A stretch of 64,000 nucleotides of DNA, from contig OZ024742.1 in NCBI GenBank assembly GCA_964016885.1, forward strand, positions 60,636,001 through 60,700,000. Direction: 5' to 3'. Source of the stretch: Eledone cirrhosa. Its lineage: Eukaryota. The position numbers and the translations under genes are program-made. This document shows, one piece after another, positions 59,231 to 64,000 of this stretch (within the stretch, counting starts at the first letter, position 1; every line of letters starts with the position of its first letter). The notes below the pieces were generated by a model. The model worked only from the letters and a program-made list of their open reading frames with translations. It was not told the DNA's origin and made no database searches.

Positions 59231-60373
59231 ACAAGGGCTGTAACACCCCACTTGCCGACTTTGTAATGGGTAACCCCTGCTTGCAAAGGTAGACGTAAGA
59301 TCTTCTTTTATATCTTTTTATCGCTTCCTCTATATTTCCTTCTTCCTCCTATCCCTCCCTAGTCCGTCCACCCCAGTCGTCTTTTTTGTCATCGTACTTT
59401 TCACTTTCTCGTCCACCCGAGGCAGCCCCTCGGTCCTTTGTAGCCTCAGTACCCCCACCCCTTCTCCTATTCTATGATAGAATTGGCCGACTCCGCTTTT
59501 TATAGCAGATGTGATAGACCCTGGATACTTGCCTTCTTATCCGATGGCTGCCCCTTTTCCGTGCTTTCTATATTTCTTAGTGGTATCTTTGCTTTAATTT
59601 CTCGTATATCAGTATTCATTTTTTTTGGAGGGGGGGGGGATTGTTCTGAATTAATTTTAACCGTATGAAATTGTTCATATACTTCGTACGAGCATTTATG
59701 TAGTTTGCACTAGAATTTTTGTATCGTAGCGGCACCCTTAGAGATAGTATTAGTATTCTTTTTCGGGATTCTGAATTATTATTTCCTATTAGATTATTTT
59801 TTGCACTGGGTGGTTGCTGGCCTTTTGCCTAGGGTAGAAACCATTATTTCGTATTAGTCTCGGGAATCTGAATTATTATTTCGTGGTAGTTTCTTTAGTA
59901 TTTTGGCCCCCACTTGTTGACCCGTCACCGTAAGATATACTCGGTTGATTACTACTACCTCTTAAAAGGGTCTCATTATAATTCCGTCCCACCTAGTAAA
60001 CCTTTCTTTAGTCTAGCAGTACCACTGAGAGACTTGTAGCTGTCCTTAGGTTATAGTAACCAGAAATTGTTTTTTTTTATATTTAATTGTTTTTTAACAT
60101 TCTCGGTATTTTTCTATATATTTACCCCATATTGTTTTACTTATTGTTTCGACTTCCCCCCTCCCCCTCCCTAGTATACTTCCTTGACCTCCTGCCCTGC
60201 TGTAGTTGACACTATCAACGCACGACAAGGTTTCCTCCACCCCTCTCCCTCTTTCTTCTACTGGCAGGTTCAGCTACCCCTTCCTTCCACAAATTGCCAT
60301 GATAGAATTATGTGTCTCAACAACAAACTTTTGAACAATCCTTGTGACAATCACTTTTACCATATATGGAATT

Positions 60374-60469
60374 ACCCCCTGAGAAGCTCGTTTATTCATA
60401 TACCAGGATAAAAATTTTCATTTAGTCCAGAATTATCCGTCGAAACGGCTTGAGCTCAGCCGTCGGGGT
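60374..60469 (+). ncRNA. Family A hammerhead-like motif, CUGAGAA core, long stem II; mirror copy at 57605-57700
   Basis: acccc-CTGAGAA-[56 nt]-GAAA-cggct tgagctc agccg-TC-ggggt. Confidence 0.65.
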
Positions 60470-60580
60470 CCTACTCGTTCCTATTACCCACTCTACTACC
60501 CTAAGTATTGAGTACTTTGGTGCCTTATGGTCCACCTGGTTCCTTACCACATTTCCTTCGTTACACATATATATATATAT

Positions 60581-60941
60581 ATATTCATTAGTTAAGCAAA
60601 ACAAGACCACAAATTTCACAAGGAAGACATTATTAAAAGATTGTCAACATATTTTAGTTTGATGTAAGGAATGTAGAGAATAATAATAATAATAATATTA
60701 ATAATAATAATAATGTCCGTTTACAATTGTTTCGCTACTCCATATAATATTTCATATAGTCATCTGATCCAGAAATATTATATGGAGTAGCGAAACAATT
60801 GTAAACGGACATTATTATTATTAATATTATTATTATTATTATTCTCTACATTCCTTACATCAAACTAAAATATGTTGACAATCTTTTAATAATGTCTTCC
60901 TTGTGAAATTTGTGGCCTTGTTTTGCTTAACTAATGAATAT
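60581..60941. repeat. Near-perfect palindrome (about 170-bp arms), each arm carrying the 3' half of a hammerhead
   Basis: Right arm begins gaaatattatatggagtagc-GAAA-caattg-TA-aacggac; 18-nt spacer. Confidence 0.92.
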
Positions 60942-61116
60942 TTCCAGCTCTGCGAACCTAACATCTGCATGAACCCAGCCACCTATCTGCTTTCTACTGC
61001 ATATTGCACATTGAGCACATGCCTTTACGCTTAGGCTTCTAACTAACTCACCAATCTTTCCTCTCATATCTCCTCTACTAGCTCCATCTCTCTCTTTAAG
61101 ATTGGTTACTCTTGAA

Positions 61117-61178
<62 letters not shown>

Positions 61179-61720
61179 ATGCCTTTATATATCTGTTTTA
61201 CTTACACGTGTGCATACACACACACACACACACTCTCACAGATATATACACACACATAAAAAAATATACAAAAAATACATGTAAGAAAAGCATATAAAGA
61301 TACACATTGGGCTGTACATGCAAAAATACACCTTGCTGTACGTGCTGACAGAGTTGATATTATGTTGCCAACGTTGATTAATCCACGTATGGACACCTCA
61401 AATAAGGCCACATATGGGGAGTTCATGGTATTAATGTAAAGGGTATGCCCAGACCGTACCTAGAAAATGCATGCAGGATACATAAAAAATGTATGCAGAA
61501 TATATTTAAAAAATACATACATCTCAATTATATAAGAAAAGTATACAACGATACACATTGGTTTGACATGGAAAAGTACATGGGGTGTTACGCAAAAAGA
61601 TATATAAAGGTATGTATGTGTGTATATATATATGTAAAAGGTAAACAGAAATAACCACACAATCGGTACAGTATATGGAATCTATATATTAGGTTAACGC
61701 TTGATATAGCAGGAAGGGGG

Positions 61721-61756
61721 TCTTAACGTTTCGGACGCTAGTCCTTCATCAGAAGA
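61721..61756 (-). ncRNA. Minimal type I hammerhead
   Basis: tctt-CTGATGA-a-ggac tagc gtcc-GAAA-cg-TT-aaga; palindromic ACGT stem III. Confidence 0.85.
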
Positions 61757-61853
61757 AAGAATGAGAAATAAAATAGATTGAGGGGACGGCCGGGATAGAT
61801 TTGGAAAAAATGTCTTAAGATAAAAACAACAGGTCCATTCATGTTGACATATG

Positions 61854-61928
<75 letters not shown>

Positions 61929-62753
61929 CATGTGTGTGTGGGCGTGTGGGTATGTGTATATATATACATATATATGTATGTGTATGTGTGTATATAGGCA
62001 TATATATGTGCGGATGTGCATATGTGTGTATGTATGTGTATGTATGTATATATATCTGCGCGTATATGTGTATGTATATGTACGAATGCGTACTCGTGTG
62101 TGTGCATGTGTATATATACGGGTGCGTGTGTGTGTGCCTGTGTATATGCGTGCGCGTGTGTGTGTGTGTGTGTCTCTCTGTGTGCATGTATGCGTATATT
62201 TGTGTGACTCTTTATGTGTTTGTGTACACATGGATATGTGTGTATGCTTCTGGGCGTGCATGTGTGAACGTAAGCACACAAGCTACTATGTATATGTCAG
62301 TATCTCTATGTCTGTGTGTGCGTGTGGGAGTGTGAGCTGACAAACAGCAGTAATTTTGCCGACAGGACAGTAGGTGAGTGACAGCTCACGCGTGACGGTC
62401 AGCGGGCTGTTACCAGTGGTCAGAATAATGATGACGTCACTAACTAGTGACCAACCCAAGGACGCGCAAAGCGGATGAAGGTGGACGATACAGACCTGTA
62501 GGATCAGTAACCCCAGAAAGAGGACATGCTCCGAAATCAATAGACGTGTCCGAGGAACCTGCGAGTTTAGAGTCAGGTTGATCCACACACAGATCGCACC
62601 TCGAGCTGTTCTTCGGGAAAACAATTGTAACACAATAAATTGAGTTGCGATGCAACACTGATTTTTCGTTTTCCATTCTATAATACTCTGCTCCGTAGCA
62701 TCATAGAGTGCTCAACCGGGATATCGCCTATGGAAGCATATTAGCTACCATTA

Positions 62754-62848
<95 letters not shown>

Positions 62849-62950
62849 CCCATCACTTTATATAAGTTGGCCTAATTACTTGGAAACCGCCAGAGATTCG
62901 ATTTTACTGATTCCCAATTATATATATATATACATATATATACATATATA

Positions 62951-63108
62951 GGAAAATGTTTAACCCCGACGGCAGGGCTCAAGCTATTTCGACGGCTTGA
63001 TCTCTGCCCTCGTGGTTATACATTTTCCTATTACCCACTCTATTACCCTAAGTATTGAGTACTCTGGTGCGTTAGGGTCTATCTGGTTCCTTACCACACT
63101 TCCTTCGT

Positions 63109-63109
<1 letters not shown>
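62951..63109. mobile_element. Family A short fold-back copy
   Basis: ccccgacggcagggctcaagc...cggcttgatctctgcc...ccacacttccttcgtta. Confidence 0.8.
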
Positions 63110-63168
<59 letters not shown>

Positions 63169-63212
63169 TGTGTGTGTGTGTGTGTGCGTGTGTGTGTGTG
63201 CGTGTGTGTGTA

Positions 63213-63245
<33 letters not shown>

Positions 63246-63571
63246 GTGTGTGTGTGTTTTGAACAATGAAAATAAAACAAAATTTGAAGATAGGGGTTTC
63301 ATTAGTTTATCGTTTTAATATCGTTTCAGAAAGTTGATTGATCATGATATATCGATATATTGACTAATTGATAGTGGTTATGCCCCCCACCATATATTAC
63401 TAGTCCCAATATTCTAGATCCATCTCACCGTCATTACTTTGTTTTGCTGTATTTGTGATCATCTGCCCTTTGTACTTTTCTACCACCTTTTGAAAATTAA
63501 CGGTCGTTTATTACACACACACTCACATTCCCCCCCCCCTTCTTTCTCTCACACACAGTAATATACATATA

Positions 63572-63667
<96 letters not shown>

Positions 63668-64000
63668 ATGTCGTCGTCGTGATGGTGGGAAAATAGTGGT
63701 TAGTTGTGCAGCCAATGCCACTAGAGAAAATAAATTGCTAAGAGAATTTTAGTGCGGACCGGAATCAACAAACATCATCCAATATATACATACATATATT
63801 TGTACATAACCATATTAACACACGCATATATAGAAAGAGGAGGAGAGAGATAGAAACTGATTACTGTAGTCGTTGAAGAGTTTAATGTCACAACGCACTT
63901 TGTGATTAGATAAGGTAAGAAATTCTTCATATGTTTCATAATTTGTATATGTATAACTTCATTTTCCATAGAATGTTCGTTAGTTGTTAAAATCTCTAGG

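Larger units (their letters stand above)
57592..60562 (+). mobile_element. 5'-truncated Penelope-like element (family A parent) with 1.3-kb 3' UTR and inverted 3' duplication
   Basis: 57592-58383 is the reverse complement of about 59695-60483; GIY-YIG ORF in the centre. Confidence 0.93.

Noticed and set aside
59470-59520. SECIS-like ATGA...TGAT pattern in the PLE 3' UTR
   Set aside because: The intervening stem pairs poorly and the motif is not conserved in the 2120-2165 copy.

Overview
AT-rich animal genomic DNA with no recognisable host gene. It is probably cephalopod (octopus-like), inferred from the extreme (TA)n/(CA)n load and the SINE types. Most ORF-track entries are microsatellite translations. 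Real coding remnants are all decayed mobile elements: RTE-clade LINEs (one near full length), four Penelope-like element (PLE) RT/GIY-YIG remnants, Helitron pieces and a mariner fragment. The main hidden signal, found by reading the sequence by eye, is about 30 type I hammerhead ribozyme (HHR) motifs from at least 12 unrelated sequence families. They sit in the 3' tails of PLEs and of short non-coding elements, nearly all abutting (TA)n tracts and often arranged as fold-back inversions. Highlights: (1) a 420-nt tandem non-coding retrozyme-like family, with one copy inverted exactly at the ribozyme cleavage site; (2) family-fixed non-canonical cores (UUGANAA, CAGAAGA, CUGAGAA); (3) HHRs with long or branched stem II inserts; (4) recurrent fold-back breakpoints inside stem II. 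Ribozyme calls are structural motif matches; no activity was measured.
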